Assembly: GCA_040285855.1 (NCBI GenBank)
Contig: JAUFOQ010000017.1
Location: 1,302,001-1,366,000, forward strand
Source: Eukaryota sp. GEM-RC1
Taxonomy: Eukaryota
Direction: 5' to 3'
Length of the DNA: 64,000 bases
Position numbers and translations under genes: made by a program. Of the stretch, positions 49,300 through 61,418 are shown piece by piece. Positions within the stretch are counted from its first letter, which is position 1. Every line of letters begins with the position of its first letter. Under the pieces are notes generated by a model, which saw only the letters and a program-made list of their open reading frames with translations, was not told the origin of the DNA and made no database searches.

Positions 49300-50790
49300 A
49301 AAAAATACATAATAAAAGCTATGAAACACTAGACACCGACAATTCCTGGTCAATAGTACCACAGTTTTTATACAACTTTGTGAAAATTGATTTAAAGAAC
49401 TTAGGCACCGAACGGAACACAGAAAAAATCAAACGGTTATGCCAAATTGATAAGTTAAATCTCTTATTCTGAGACTTACACATAGATCCAAATTCAGTTA
49501 AAAACTTGGAAGCCATTTCACCAATACTACTGAAAATAGAAATAGCAAATGGAACAAATACAAATTTTGAATATAAATTTTGATTGAGTTTAGCAACATC
49601 TTTGGAATCCAAATCAATTTTACGTTTTTCATCTGTTTCTAGGTGATTAAAACCTTTTGAATTCAAGCCATTAACATAAGTTTGAGCACATGGATCTACT
49701 GTTGTAACATCAAGGATAATTTGACTAGAATCAACAAAAGGACCATGTAAGTCACCTCGACGAGAATTATTAATTAAATCAAGACCCAACTTACTACATA
49801 AAGGTTCAACTTTGGCATGAAATCTATGAGCCTTAAACATTTCAAATGTAACATCTCTTACAGCATTATGAAGAACTGAGCGAAATTGAATAAATTTGGG
49901 GCAATTAATTACATGTCTAAAAGTTGCAATGCGACGATGACTACAAATGCACTCAGAACTGTCCAACAATTCTGCAGGAAACAAACCTAAACGCAATCGC
50001 ATATTTAATTTCCAAGCCTCATCAGACAAATGCAAACCAAAACGACGTGGTTGTTGAGTGATCAAACAAGTTGAATTCTTAATATCATTTAAGAAAGCAG
50101 CAAAAACGGGATTATTAATTTTAGTAATACTAAAACGATTTTCAAAATCCAGGTTTTCAAATGCCTTCAAATGCTTATTCTGAAGTTTGACCACACATAA
50201 AGGGAGAGACAATGGAGATTTTTCTGGAATACTGGGTAAATGAGAAGGAAAACAGCTATTCCAAATATCCAAATCCAAATCGTCAATAACTGAGACTAAC
50301 GAAACTAACCTAGGAGTAGTTTAAATGAGATTTTCATTAAACAAAAAGCCGTATCTGGATTTAAATTCAAATAGAAAATTCTTCATTCCACCAATAAACG
50401 CACATTTGGTTAAGTATGAAGCTCGTGAAAAACCCACACCGCCAACATTAGCTGATGAAAACGCGTGATAAGGCAATTTCGAGTCATTAACCTCTACAAG
50501 ATCGCTTAAGAACTTAGTTCTCAAAGAGTTAAATTTTCTGGCTAAATCAATAGTAACTTCAGGATTGATTGAGCGCAAAAGTGATTGATTTTGGACGCAA
50601 AACAAGTCGTCAAAAGGGAAAAAGAAATATGCTTACCAATTTTTAGCTCACCAATCTGTTTAAGCTTTACAGAAATTTTTTCCAATGAATTATCCACCTT
50701 CAAACGTATTTGATCGCCATTACCAATGAAAGTACCCAAAAACTTAATAGCATCGACACTATAATTGGAAAACGGAATAGTATGATTTCT
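49300..50790 (-). mobile_element. 5'-truncated RLE-type LINE (fourth subfamily)
   Basis: KFLGTFIG, GGVGF, MRLRLGL, CICSH..HVINC..HNAVRD, RRGDLH..DVTTVD, PFAISIF. Confidence 0.88.
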
Positions 50791-52357
50791 CAGCAATGTC
50801 TTGGAGTCTTCTCAACACTTTGGAGGCTGTTTTTCGGAACTTCAACACGTGTTGGTTATTTTGGTATACCTTCATCCAACATGCATCTACGTTAGTAACT
50901 TCTCTTATTGATTAAACTTTATTGAATACAGACAATACCACTAATATCCAAAGACTCTGGGTAAATGCACCACATTAGGCACCACATATTCAATTGATTT
51001 TGTAAAAATAATAGCTGAAAGACAATAACTAAAGTATCTGGAATATGATAATTCTGTCCTTCACCAAACAACTTACCTACAGTCGAATCATGGTATATGT
51101 GCATAAAACGAAACAAAGCAAATGGTAGTGATTTACAAAACACTATTACAGGACTTTTGTTGTAACGTTCTTGTAAATCTTCATCTCCACAAGAACGTGA
51201 ACAGTAGTCAGCTAACTGACAATTTGGGATCTTCAAGCATTGTTGACAACAAAAGGGTGGTAAAGTGCACTACCGATCTTCCTCGGAAAATCTTCCCATT
51301 TATCAGTAATTATCATTCCACTTTTGGGAGTTACGAATCAATACTCGCTACCGTGTTCATTTCGATTGAGGAACAAAGGACAAAAATTCCTGTTTTAATT
51401 ATTGGTATTCTTTTGTGTGTTGTTTAGATCTCCGTCGCAGCTTTGTGCTGTCATTTTCCCGATCTCACTTCGTTTTTTTATGTTCTCTATTATCTGCAAT
51501 ATTGTGTTCTCCATTACATATTTTATGTTAGCTGACGCTTTCTTTCACTTCAAGATGCCACATTTTTTCTTTTTTTATTTCTCCTTTTTTGTATTTGCAC
51601 AAATTTACTCCAGTTTGGTTGGACTGTTATCAAACAAGTGCCCCCGTATTTTGGGATAAAATACTGGCAAAGTACTCTCATGTTTCAGATATTTCTCTTC
51701 TATCTCCAATGTTGGCTTACGGTTACCGCATGGAATGCCACATATTTCACGATTGAGATTGAACCCAACACTGCCAAGTTCTTTTTGATTGTTTTAAGTT
51801 TACCGTTCTTTTGCCTAATTACTTCTTGTAATTGTTCGTTTAACTGTGTAACTATTCGTAAAAGGAGATTCCACAGATTTTTCTTGCAATTTGTATGGTT
51901 GACGGCCTTTGAAAATCCTTTGTACTTGAGTATTGACCATGGTATGTCGTTTACATTGTGTGTTAGGGCAATTAATATATCGTAGATGAACTGACACCAT
52001 TGGGTCGAATGGGAAGTTTGTTTTGTGACTCTCATGAACATTTTCATTTTGTTTTTAATTGTTTTGTTGGAAAACAAGTGATTCCGGGATTGGTCCTATT
52101 ATGTGCATTTGATACACAATTGTTCAACTTCAAGTTTCATACAGACAGTGTAAATCAAGTTGCTACTACCGAGTATCACAAAAATGGTCTACTTGCCGCC
52201 ATAAAAACTTATAAGAAAAGCTTCAAAATTGGTCTTAATTAATTAAATTTAAACACATTGAGACAGTCCATCATTAATACTTCATCACTCACTCAACTAC
52301 TTGCTGTGATTTCCAAAATTTTCTCACATTATTGGAAATTTTCAAAAGATAAGGAAA

Positions 52358-53010
52358 GTGTCACAATCATTGTCTGGAGCTAACGAGGTCGATGCTTTGG
52401 TTAAATCTTGCAATAGAAACAATCTACTACGGCAATCTGCGTTCCCTCTTTATTCAGAATTGAGCCAGGATGATCAACACACTACCACGATGAGAGCACA
52501 ATCACAAAAAGTTAAACTTGTTGCTTGTACAAATAATGTCGATTCTTCAATTACAATTGAATCTGCTGTAATTGGAGTACTGGATTGGAAAGAATTCCAA
52601 ATTTCAAGAAGGAATTGATTCTGCATCATATTTCAATGTCGTCTGCAATTGAATGTGCTGGGAGAGTTGCTAGAACCAGGCCTGGTATATGTATCAGATT
52701 ATTTCAATTTGATTATATTGGAAATACGACTAGACACGTGACCAAAAATCCTGAAGTTCTAGAATCTCCATTGGATGATTTCATTTTAAGAGTTAAACAT
52801 ATTTCTGTAACTCACAGGATATTTATTCGTTCAATGCTCGACAGTCCTCCTAACGAAAAACTAAATGAAACAATGCGTTCATTGTATGTCCGTAACATCA
52901 TGGATATTATTTATATCGTTGACAGGTTAACTCAATTGTGTAGGATCAGATCATCTCTTTGTGATTCAGATAAGCAGTATAATTACATTCTTAATTGCTT
53001 TGTTCTGTAA
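52358..53010 (+). pseudogene. DEAH-box helicase C-terminal fragment
   Basis: PLYSELSQDDQ, KLVACTNNVDSSITI (V), AGRVARTRPGICIRLF (VI). Confidence 0.7.
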
Positions 53011-54230
53011 CAATCAGTTCCAGGAATTATCCTTTTGGGTGATATTCCAAAAAAAACAATAATAAGTGGTTTTGTGAGGAAATTAATGTACCTAATGAAA
53101 TCAAATTTTTAATGGATTGATTGATACGACTTTCTTTGATTAAAAACTTTGGCCCGTAAGAATGAAAAGTTTGTTATCAATCTACAACTTCTGTATACTT
53201 GAGGCTCAATATGTATCTATAAAATAATTAACAAATGACGATACTGTTTTCTAAATACAGCAACATCACATCATTAGGTCTATTTAAAATAGTCTAAAGT
53301 TCCACATAAAATCTGAAATTATTCTAAATTTGTGCAACTTTTTAATATGTTTAGAAGCAAAAGTGAGGGTTAAACCCTTGGTAACGCGATCAAACAAAGA
53401 TTCTGAGTATTGAAAATTTCTTCCAACACCGAATAGAACCATAAAAAATTGAAGAATAAACAGTCACGCAAATTGAGCAATGAAGGTGACACGTAAAGTT
53501 TCCTCAAAGTCAAGAATCCAGACTTCCTAAAAAAGAAGCATAGACATCAACAGAAGTTCAATCAACTTTTTGAGCTGATTGATTGGTCTAGTTGGATGTA
53601 AAATGAACACAAACTGATGTGGTAAGAAGAGGAAGAAAACGTCAAGTGATGGGGTTTAGTTCAGAATCTCTGGAATTGAGACTTCATAGACTTGTAGCTG
53701 ATTCTTCTAAAGATTGTTGAGTGTACTCTTGCTGGTGAGGATTCGACCAAAGTACTTCATCCACATGCGTGTTTTAGCTGGAGAAGAAAAGATCAAAGAC
53801 AATGAAGAGTAGGCATTCAGTTTGGGGAGGAGAGAGTTGAAAGACCAGAAGGTAGAAGCTTCGAGAAAACGATTCTCGACTTAGCCGCAAAGATCGGACA
53901 GTGAGGCGGGGAGAGGAGTTCTTTTTCTTTCAATAGGGCAACCGCCTGCCATCTATATACACAAGGAGCTCACAGAAAGCTGTAACACGTTGGGAATAAC
54001 GAGAGGAAGTGAGCAAACCTTCAAGAAGCAAGTTCGAAGGCCCTGTTGGGATGCAAGAGCAATCGCGAGACATCGCACCATCGCGAGACCAAGGAGAGAC
54101 GGTAATCGGAGAAGAAGTCTTCGGTGTTAGACTTGAACACTAGCAAAGATACTTCATGTTGTGGTTGATGAGGTTCACGTTATCTCGTGGAGGAGCGCGA
54201 TGCTTCGGAAGAAGAGATCGTATGTGAAGA
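52579..54230 (+). repeat. Segmental duplication, copy 2
   Basis: Colinear with 47588-49220. Confidence 0.9.
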
Positions 54231-54269
54231 GGTTCCAAGTGAAATCATATTTCTCTTGACACTTTGGAG

Positions 54270-54978
54270 CATACCTGGAAAATACACTTTTCTGTATTTT
54301 CTGTATTTTTGTATTTAGTGTATTTTTGTATTTAGTGTATTTTTGTATTTGTATTTTATATTTTTCAGTATTAAAATACTGTATTTTTTTTAGTAATAGG
54401 ATTCTGAACTTACTTGCCTGTAAAGTACCTATTTTGGATGTACATGTAGTTCTCTTATCTCCAATTTGTCTTCATGTGATGCACAGAAGTAAATTATAAC
54501 ATTATACAAATCAAGATACAAGACGAAGTAGTTGTCGTAGTTTATCAGCAACCATAACAGAAGTCAGATCAGCAAACTACAGTAGTCTACTGGACCACGT
54601 CTAGGAATAATTGGAGAAAGAATTGCTCTTTGATTGTGCTTCTCCGAAAACAGGACACAAAATAGGTGCCAAAACCGGACCAACAAGAAAGAAAAACAGA
54701 ATTGAGTCTGACTTGGAGTGAGAGACAATTGATAGGTCTCTATATACTGAAGGAATTATAGTTTAACCGGAGTAAGAAGAAAGTATATAAGAAACACTTA
54801 TAGACACGAATCTAAATACACGTACATGTAGGCGATAATTTAACATCATTGTTGTCGATGTACACTACTATAAATAATACAACATCATTGAATTTGTATT
54901 TTTGTATTTTTAATCTGTATCTGTATTTTTGTATTTTTGTATTTGTATTTTGTTCAACCCTTGTATTTTCCAGGTATG
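54270..54978. mobile_element. hAT-type MITE, 709 bp
   Basis: Perfect 17-bp TIRs catacctggaaaataca / tgtattttccaggtatg; 8-bp TSD ctttggag at 54262-54269 and 54979-54986; (tgtattt)n subterminal repeats. Confidence 0.93.
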
Positions 54979-54986
54979 CTTTGGAG

Positions 54987-56138
54987 CATACTTGTGGATC
55001 ACAAACACATGTGATTACATTGTGATTGTGATCACATGTGATCACACTGGCCTTTTATTTGTGATCACATCACTTGTGATTCTAATGTGATCCATACTGA
55101 AGTGACGTCATTAATATAATACATGTATGTGATAAACCTAGACCAGTTTTAATTGTTCAACAACAATCTACAGTATAGAGCACAAGTTTAGAGTCTAATC
55201 TGGTGCTCGAAAACTACATTTACCCTTTCCGAACAATGGCATCACTTCCTTTTCTCCAATCCGATTGTAACAAGGACAATCCGCTTTACCAGCTCGTGAA
55301 AGTTAATGAAAACACATCAGGTAAGGAAGACTTTCAATGTCAAGGGTGCTATAAGATATCAAACAATACTATATCATACAATAGATTTTACCACAAAACT
55401 TACTACTTCTGAAGTCATTGATTTCGCTATCCATCAATGGTGGTACTCTGTTGGTAGACAGCTTTATCCACAGTTGAGTCAATTAGCTCAAAGAATAACA
55501 GGCCATACTGGTTCAGCATCTACAACAGAAAGGAATTGGTCTTCATTTGACTTCCAGGTGTCCAAAAGAAGGTTGAAAGTGACCAACGATGATTTGGATG
55601 ACATGATGATTATTCATTTCAATACTCCTCTTCTAAAACAAGAACCCAAAAATTTGAATCTCGGTATTCTCAACTAAATACTTGAGACCAAATCTAGAGT
55701 GGGGGATGTTCTTTTGGATGTGGAAATATGGGTCTTTAGTGTTGTTGGCAGAAGAAGAACAACCGGCAGATACAATTCGATGTTGTAGCAAATGTTGATT
55801 TGAGAGATGTTTTTGACGACATCACAGTTGACGATGAGGATGATAAAGAGGATATTGAAGAAGCTTTTGTGATCGAAGGAGCAGATATGGAGGAGCACAT
55901 TGATGTAGATTGGTCTCAGGTCAGTGAAATAGATCGTGTTCGCAAAAGAAAGCTGTAGGGTTATGTAAGTTCGATATGTATAAATATTATAATACATTAT
56001 TATCAACTTGATTTTTCCCAATAAACAGTATTTGTGATCATTATTTGTGATTGTGATCACATGTGATCGTGTGATGTGGTTGTGATTGTGGTTGTGATTG
56101 TGATCACACTGACAAAACGAGTGTGATCAACAAGTATG
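54987..56138 (+). mobile_element. Internally deleted hAT element
   Basis: TIRs catacttgtggatcaca / tgtgatcaacaagtatg (1 mismatch); gtgatcac subterminal repeats; BED-like start (FQCQGC) joined to dimerisation domain WW..YPQLSQLA..SASTTERNWSSF. Confidence 0.9.
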
Positions 56139-56146
56139 ATCAGAAC

Positions 56147-56733
56147 ACTAAAGGCTCGAAAACAGGAAATTCCATGCAGACTCATATCAACCCTGATTTT
56201 ATTGAATTTGTTTCCTCTCTTTCAGATTCATTCAAAATTCCAAAACGAACCACGATGAGAATTGATATTTTGAATGTTTATGAGTTATTTAAAGGATACT
56301 TGATAGATAAATTCAAAAATGTGTGCAATTCTTCTAAAGTTTCTATTACGATTGATGGGTGGACATCAAATACCAACACACATTTTATTGGGATAACAGT
56401 TCACTGTACTGAAGACTGGAATTTAAACACTTACGTCCTCGGTTTTAAGCATTTAAAAGAAAACCACTCTGCCATCAACATTGCCGATGCTGTGGAAGAA
56501 ATTATCACTGAATTTGGTTTGAAAGAAAATGTGTTCTGTTTAACTACTGATAATGAAAACACAATGACCAGTGTTAAAACTTTACTGCAACAGAGAGGTA
56601 TTATTGACTTTCATAGAGGTTGTGCTCCTCATACTCTAAATTTAATTGTTAAAGCAGGATTGAAGGTTTTAAATTCAAGAAATGACTCAATTCCAAAAAT
56701 TCGGACTTTTGCGAAGAAGCTTCACACCTATAC
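56147..56733 (+). pseudogene. hAT transposase catalytic-core fragment
   Basis: NPDFIEFV..IPKRTT, ITIDGWTS, FIGITVH, HSAINIA, TTDNENTM, CAPHTLNLIVK. Confidence 0.9.
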
Positions 56734-56759
56734 ATTGTACCTGTCAACATTCAATTGGT

Positions 56760-57165
56760 ACTGAATTCTTCAGAACAATACAAGAGAAACAAATATGATG
56801 AACCACTGACTGCTCTCAAACATATTAGATATGTTGAGTACAAATTATGTCCTTTTGCAATTTCAATTTATGGTCGACTTGGTAGAGATGCTCTTTGTTT
56901 TCTCTTTGTTTTCTCTCTGATTTTGAGAAATGGTTAAAAAAGATTGAACAAGAAATTTGATTTCAAATTTTGGTTGAATCGTATTGTTTTTACAATATTT
57001 AAAACAATTCCTATCATGATTTCAAAAGCTCTATTAGCTCTCAGTGTTTTTTATGAAGAAAAAGCGGATGTGAGTTTTAATGGCAATGATTGTTGCTTTA
57101 ATGATATTGAGTTCTAGTATTTGTGTTTATTCTAGTGTTTTTATTCCATAAAAGACTAAAATCAA
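56760..57165 (+). mobile_element. 5'-truncated LINE with 14-bp TSD
   Basis: Matches the 13865-14245 family; TSD aacattcaattggt at 56746-56759 and 57166-57179. Confidence 0.88.
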
Positions 57166-57179
57166 AACATTCAATTGGT

Positions 57180-57750
57180 TAATTAAATGACAATACTTTC
57201 TATTTTTCCTTTTTCCTTTTTCAGCCACTTCAAGAGCAGAAAAATTTTGGAAATTGATCTTGAATTACAAGGATCAACAGTCGTGAAAACCATGATAATT
57301 TCTGACAAGCTAACCAATGACCAATCAAATCACCACGACTTCTATCAACTTTTGGCTGATCAGAAAGATTAGCAAGTAAAGGTTCAATTTTTCCATGAAA
57401 GACATTAGCCTTAAACATATCCAAACATGTACCCCGGATACTGTTGTGAATAATTGATCGAAAATGAATAGATTGATGACAGTTAACTAAATGATGAAAA
57501 TTTGAAGCCTTTGAACGACCACAAAGACATGGAGAATGCTTCAAAAGACCTGAAGGCCATAAACCTAATCTAAGTCTCATGTTTATAAGCCATTCATGAT
57601 CCTTAAGATTAAAACAAAATTTTCTTGGCAAACGAGAAACAAATGAAGACGCAGCGCTTGAAGAATTATCATTCAAAAATGCACAAAAAGCGGGACTCTT
57701 AGTCTTATCCAAGCTAATACGGTTTTTAAAGTCCAAGCTTTCGTGAAACA
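57180..57750 (-). mobile_element. 3' fragment of RLE-type LINE (third subfamily)
   Basis: Near-identical to 35635-36130. Confidence 0.85.
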
Positions 57751-57788
57751 AAACAAACTTCTTATTTGATGAAAATCATATTATATCA

Positions 57789-58466
57789 ATGTTCAATCCT
57801 CGAATTTTAGCGACATTATATATTCAGGAAAAGGATTATCCTCGATATGTAATGTGTAATGTATATATTCCGAATTTAATAATAGAAACGGCATTTAATA
57901 TGTCAAAATTTATAGATAAAAAAATCATTGAATTAACGATATATCATCCAATTTTGAATAATCGGGCATTAATTAGACATCGAAAAGAAGATGTTCTACA
58001 ACGAATGATTGGAAATATTAATGGAATGACTCTAGTAAATGCAGTAGTATATGATGAGTTTTTAAAAATTATAAAGCACTTTAATATTACTACATTAAAT
58101 TTTACTGTTATCTGGAATAGAAATTATATTAAATTACCTGATATACCCATTATAAATTTGCATATTAAAGGACATACTGATGAAGTAAGTAAAAACCGGG
58201 ATAAAACGATAAAGATAATCAACAAATATGAAATTGTAGAATTTGAATTATTAGATAATCTAAGAGTTAAAATTAAAAATGGACGTATAGAATATTTTAT
58301 CGTTGATGATATATTTGATATTATTGAAATAGTTGATGTTTGGGGAATGTCAAATGATTATCAAGAGATGTCTGAGTTAGAGCGTTTACATTATTTAACC
58401 GAAGATTTTATCAAACAAAAAAACGACAGATATCAAATTGTATCAAGAATACCGGGTATTTGTTAA
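57789..58466 (+). CDS. Hypothetical protein in AT-rich virus-like island
   Basis: 225-aa intact ORF, Ile/Asn-rich; no recognised domain. Confidence 0.65.
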   Translation: MFNPRILATLYIQEKDYPRYVMCNVYIPNLIIETAFNMSKFIDKKIIELTIYHPILNNRALIRHRKEDVLQRMIGNINGMTLVNAVVYDEFLKIIKHFNITTLNFTVIWNRNYIKLPDIPIINLHIKGHTDEVSKNRDKTIKIINKYEIVEFELLDNLRVKIKNGRIEYFIVDDIFDIIEIVDVWGMSNDYQEMSELERLHYLTEDFIKQKNDRYQIVSRIPGIC

Positions 58467-58514
58467 CACGACATATTAATAATAAATAGACCAAGAAATA
58501 AATTTATCGATGCT

Positions 58515-59570
58515 ATGATCCAACAGGGATATTTTGATATAGAACACACAAATTATTTATATTTTAGTGATCAAGATTTCGTTGCATACAAATTAAGTAA
58601 TGGTATGATGTATAATAATGGACGATCATATCATCGTTGGACGATGTATATGCCATATTATCCAGGTGAGATAAATAATGCAATATTAATACAAAATTCA
58701 TTAAAAGATCCAATAAAATTTACTGATATGGAAAAATGGAAGGAATTTCCAATAATTAATAAGGATGTATGGTATGATCCCATTGAACCAGGAGAAATTC
58801 CTGATATAATTTTAGAAGATTTTAATGACTTTTCTATTATTACTTTAATATCAAATGAAGGGACAAAACATTATTCACCAATTTATATATTTGAACGTTC
58901 AGAATCTATCATGCGATTTATAAATAATAAAGGTGTAACTGAAATCAATTTAGAGTTAATCGCTGATAATGAATTACAATTATGTTTAATATGGTTAGAA
59001 AAAATGCATAAGCTTAATCGTAAAGTACATAGTATCCACAAAACAGAGAATTTAAAAAAGCATTTTTTGAAAAATAAAAATGGATATGAGTTATATAATT
59101 TATTAACAGGATCATATTATTTAGGTATTGCAGATTTGACTGATATATTGGCAAAGGAACTTGCTGAAATGATTAATAATAGTGACCCTTTACATGAGAG
59201 ATATTCTTTTGGATTTATGTTTGGTCAAACTCCAGATTTACCTCAAGAATTTATGGATATAATTATTGATTCTTATAATGAATGTAGAAAGTATACATAC
59301 ATAGAAGAAACACCAAAACATAAAATAGGTCATGAAACACCATCTAATCAAATTAATAGACACTATATAAAAGAGAATCCAGCAATCTTTACAATCATTA
59401 ATCCAGAATATACAAGAAGAAGTCCATTTTATAAAATATATAGGAAAAATTTTAATGAATATCCATATGTAGCTGAATTCAATGATTTAGATGATATAGA
59501 TAACATAGATTTCGATGATATTGATGATGTAGATTTCGATGATTTGGATTTTATAGATTTCAATTTTTAA
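58515..59570 (+). CDS. Protein with divergent Skp1-like domain and acidic tail
   Basis: LISNEG..FERSESI..LQLCLIWLE..LYNLLTGSYYLGIADLTDILAKELAEMI. Confidence 0.7.
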   Translation: MIQQGYFDIEHTNYLYFSDQDFVAYKLSNGMMYNNGRSYHRWTMYMPYYPGEINNAILIQNSLKDPIKFTDMEKWKEFPIINKDVWYDPIEPGEIPDIILEDFNDFSIITLISNEGTKHYSPIYIFERSESIMRFINNKGVTEINLELIADNELQLCLIWLEKMHKLNRKVHSIHKTENLKKHFLKNKNGYELYNLLTGSYYLGIADLTDILAKELAEMINNSDPLHERYSFGFMFGQTPDLPQEFMDIIIDSYNECRKYTYIEETPKHKIGHETPSNQINRHYIKENPAIFTIINPEYTRRSPFYKIYRKNFNEYPYVAEFNDLDDIDNIDFDDIDDVDFDDLDFIDFNF

Positions 59571-59585
59571 AAAATAAAATCATTT

Positions 59586-60245
59586 TTATACAATCCTATT
59601 AGACATAGATTCAATACAAACTACTCCATGTTTTTCTAATTCATTTAAAGTTTGTTCATTGTTTTCAGGATAAACAGCACCACAAGCTCTTTTAAGAACA
59701 TAGGTAGAATATCCAAGAGAAGCACAGTCAATTGCTGTGTATTTGACACAGACATCCAATGCAAGACCACAGATATAAACTGTTCTAATATCGTTATCTT
59801 TTAAAAGTTTATCTAATCCAGTATCTTCTCTATTTGCATCGAAAAATGCACTATAAGAATCAACATCAATCTTTGTTCCTTTATAGACAAAGTGAGCATC
59901 TCTGGGAATTCCTATTCCTTTGTGCAATTTAGAACCTTCTGTGTTTTGTACACAATGGTCTGGCCACATTATTTGCTTTCCATAAGGAACATCAATCTCT
60001 TCAAAAGGTTGTTTTCCATGAGTGGATGCAAATGACACATGATTTGGAGGATGCCAATCAAGAGTGAATGCAATCATATCAAAATCTTCTTCTTCAGATG
60101 CATTGCCAAATGTTTGAATGAATTTGAATGATAATGCACGATTGACTTCGTATGTTATTTTTTGTCCAACACCAGTTCCCTTGATTGCAAGAGGACCTCC
60201 TTGGCAAAAATCATTTTGAAAATCAACAACAAGTAAACAGCTCAT
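59586..60245 (-). CDS. pncA: Nicotinamidase/pyrazinamidase
   Basis: LLVVDFQNDFCQGGPL, DWHPPNHVSF, WPDHCVQNTEG, KG..VDSYSAF, CGLALDVCVKYTA. Confidence 0.93.
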   Translation of the reverse strand: MSCLLVVDFQNDFCQGGPLAIKGTGVGQKITYEVNRALSFKFIQTFGNASEEEDFDMIAFTLDWHPPNHVSFASTHGKQPFEEIDVPYGKQIMWPDHCVQNTEGSKLHKGIGIPRDAHFVYKGTKIDVDSYSAFFDANREDTGLDKLLKDNDIRTVYICGLALDVCVKYTAIDCASLGYSTYVLKRACGAVYPENNEQTLNELEKHGVVCIESMSNRIV

Positions 60246-60325
60246 TTTTCAAAAATATAATCATTTTTATACTCTAATAATCTTTGCTCTATTTCTGTAA
60301 ACATCATTAATTCCCCTCGATCCAA

Positions 60326-61222
60326 TTATGTACAAGCAATGTGTTCTTCCATTGCATAATCTCCTTCTTTCCAATATTGCCCAATGTCACGAACTCCCCA
60401 CACCACATCAACATCTGATGGATTAACTAATGCTGTTTTTTCTGATTTAGAAAGTTTCATTGCTAAGAATATTACATCACAATCTACTTTTATCCTTTCT
60501 TCAACCAAATGATTAAAATTACCCGCATTGAAATATATCCTAAGATTGTGTCTTTTTATGGTTGCTCTTAAAGTGTGAATATACATTAAAGCTATTTCTT
60601 CTGAATTATTTGAAAATATTCCCATACCAATTGGAGGAATACATAGACTAACACATCTATGATATATTGCACCCTTGAAAATTAATTTCCACATTAATAA
60701 CATTCTGGATTCAAGTTCGAATTTTGATAATTTTCTATTCTTTTCAGATATTTCTCCATATCCAAGATTGAATCCGGGAATTGAAAGCAGTGTGACTGAA
60801 TCTTTTAAAACTCCATTTCTAATTTTATTCAAAGCAAGACCATCTTTTAAATGTTGTTCTACGAAAAATGTCACCTCTTGTGAATGTAAGACCGCTGATC
60901 CTAATGTTCCTAAATTAATATTCAATTCTGGAACGTATCTTGTGTCTTGTTCTTGTACGTTGCTCTTTATTAATCTAATATATAAATTTTTATCAAATCC
61001 CACAAATATCCTTGCTGAATCATATAATTTTTGTAAATGCTTTCTTTTCAATGTAATTTTATCGATATTAACGTCTCTTGCTATGAATTCTCCATGAGTC
61101 AAGATTCCACTGAAATCTGTTATCCCAACTCCATTTAAAAATGGGATTACAAGATTAGTTCGATATTGAGAAAAGCTCTTTCCATCTATTGTTTTGTATA
61201 ATGAAAACTTTCCAACCTTCAT
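60326..61222 (-). CDS. Hypothetical protein, possibly macrodomain/PARG-like
   Basis: Long ORF, probable start MKVGK (the track extends to 61408); PPIGMGIFSN resembles the Gly-rich GxGxF loop of macro-like folds. Confidence 0.55.
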   Translation of the reverse strand: MKVGKFSLYKTIDGKSFSQYRTNLVIPFLNGVGITDFSGILTHGEFIARDVNIDKITLKRKHLQKLYDSARIFVGFDKNLYIRLIKSNVQEQDTRYVPELNINLGTLGSAVLHSQEVTFFVEQHLKDGLALNKIRNGVLKDSVTLLSIPGFNLGYGEISEKNRKLSKFELESRMLLMWKLIFKGAIYHRCVSLCIPPIGMGIFSNNSEEIALMYIHTLRATIKRHNLRIYFNAGNFNHLVEERIKVDCDVIFLAMKLSKSEKTALVNPSDVDVVWGVRDIGQYWKEGDYAMEEHIACT

Positions 61223-61418
61223 TTCACAGACAAAAAAAATCAGATTAATAAATAAACTATATTTATTTCCAATAAATGGTAGATTCTGATAATGATTCGA
61301 TATATGATTTTGTAGATAATCTGACGCCAATAGATTTTTATCCTCCACCTTTATATGACATATTGACAAATGCAATTGGTGATGATTATTGGAAAATTCT
61401 TCCATCAAAAAAGTAAAT

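Noticed and set aside
51235..51340. Merlin/IS1595-like transposase fragment (minus strand, IITDKW...HPFVVN)
   Set aside because: A single short motif in stop-ridden sequence with no TIRs found; too weak to call.
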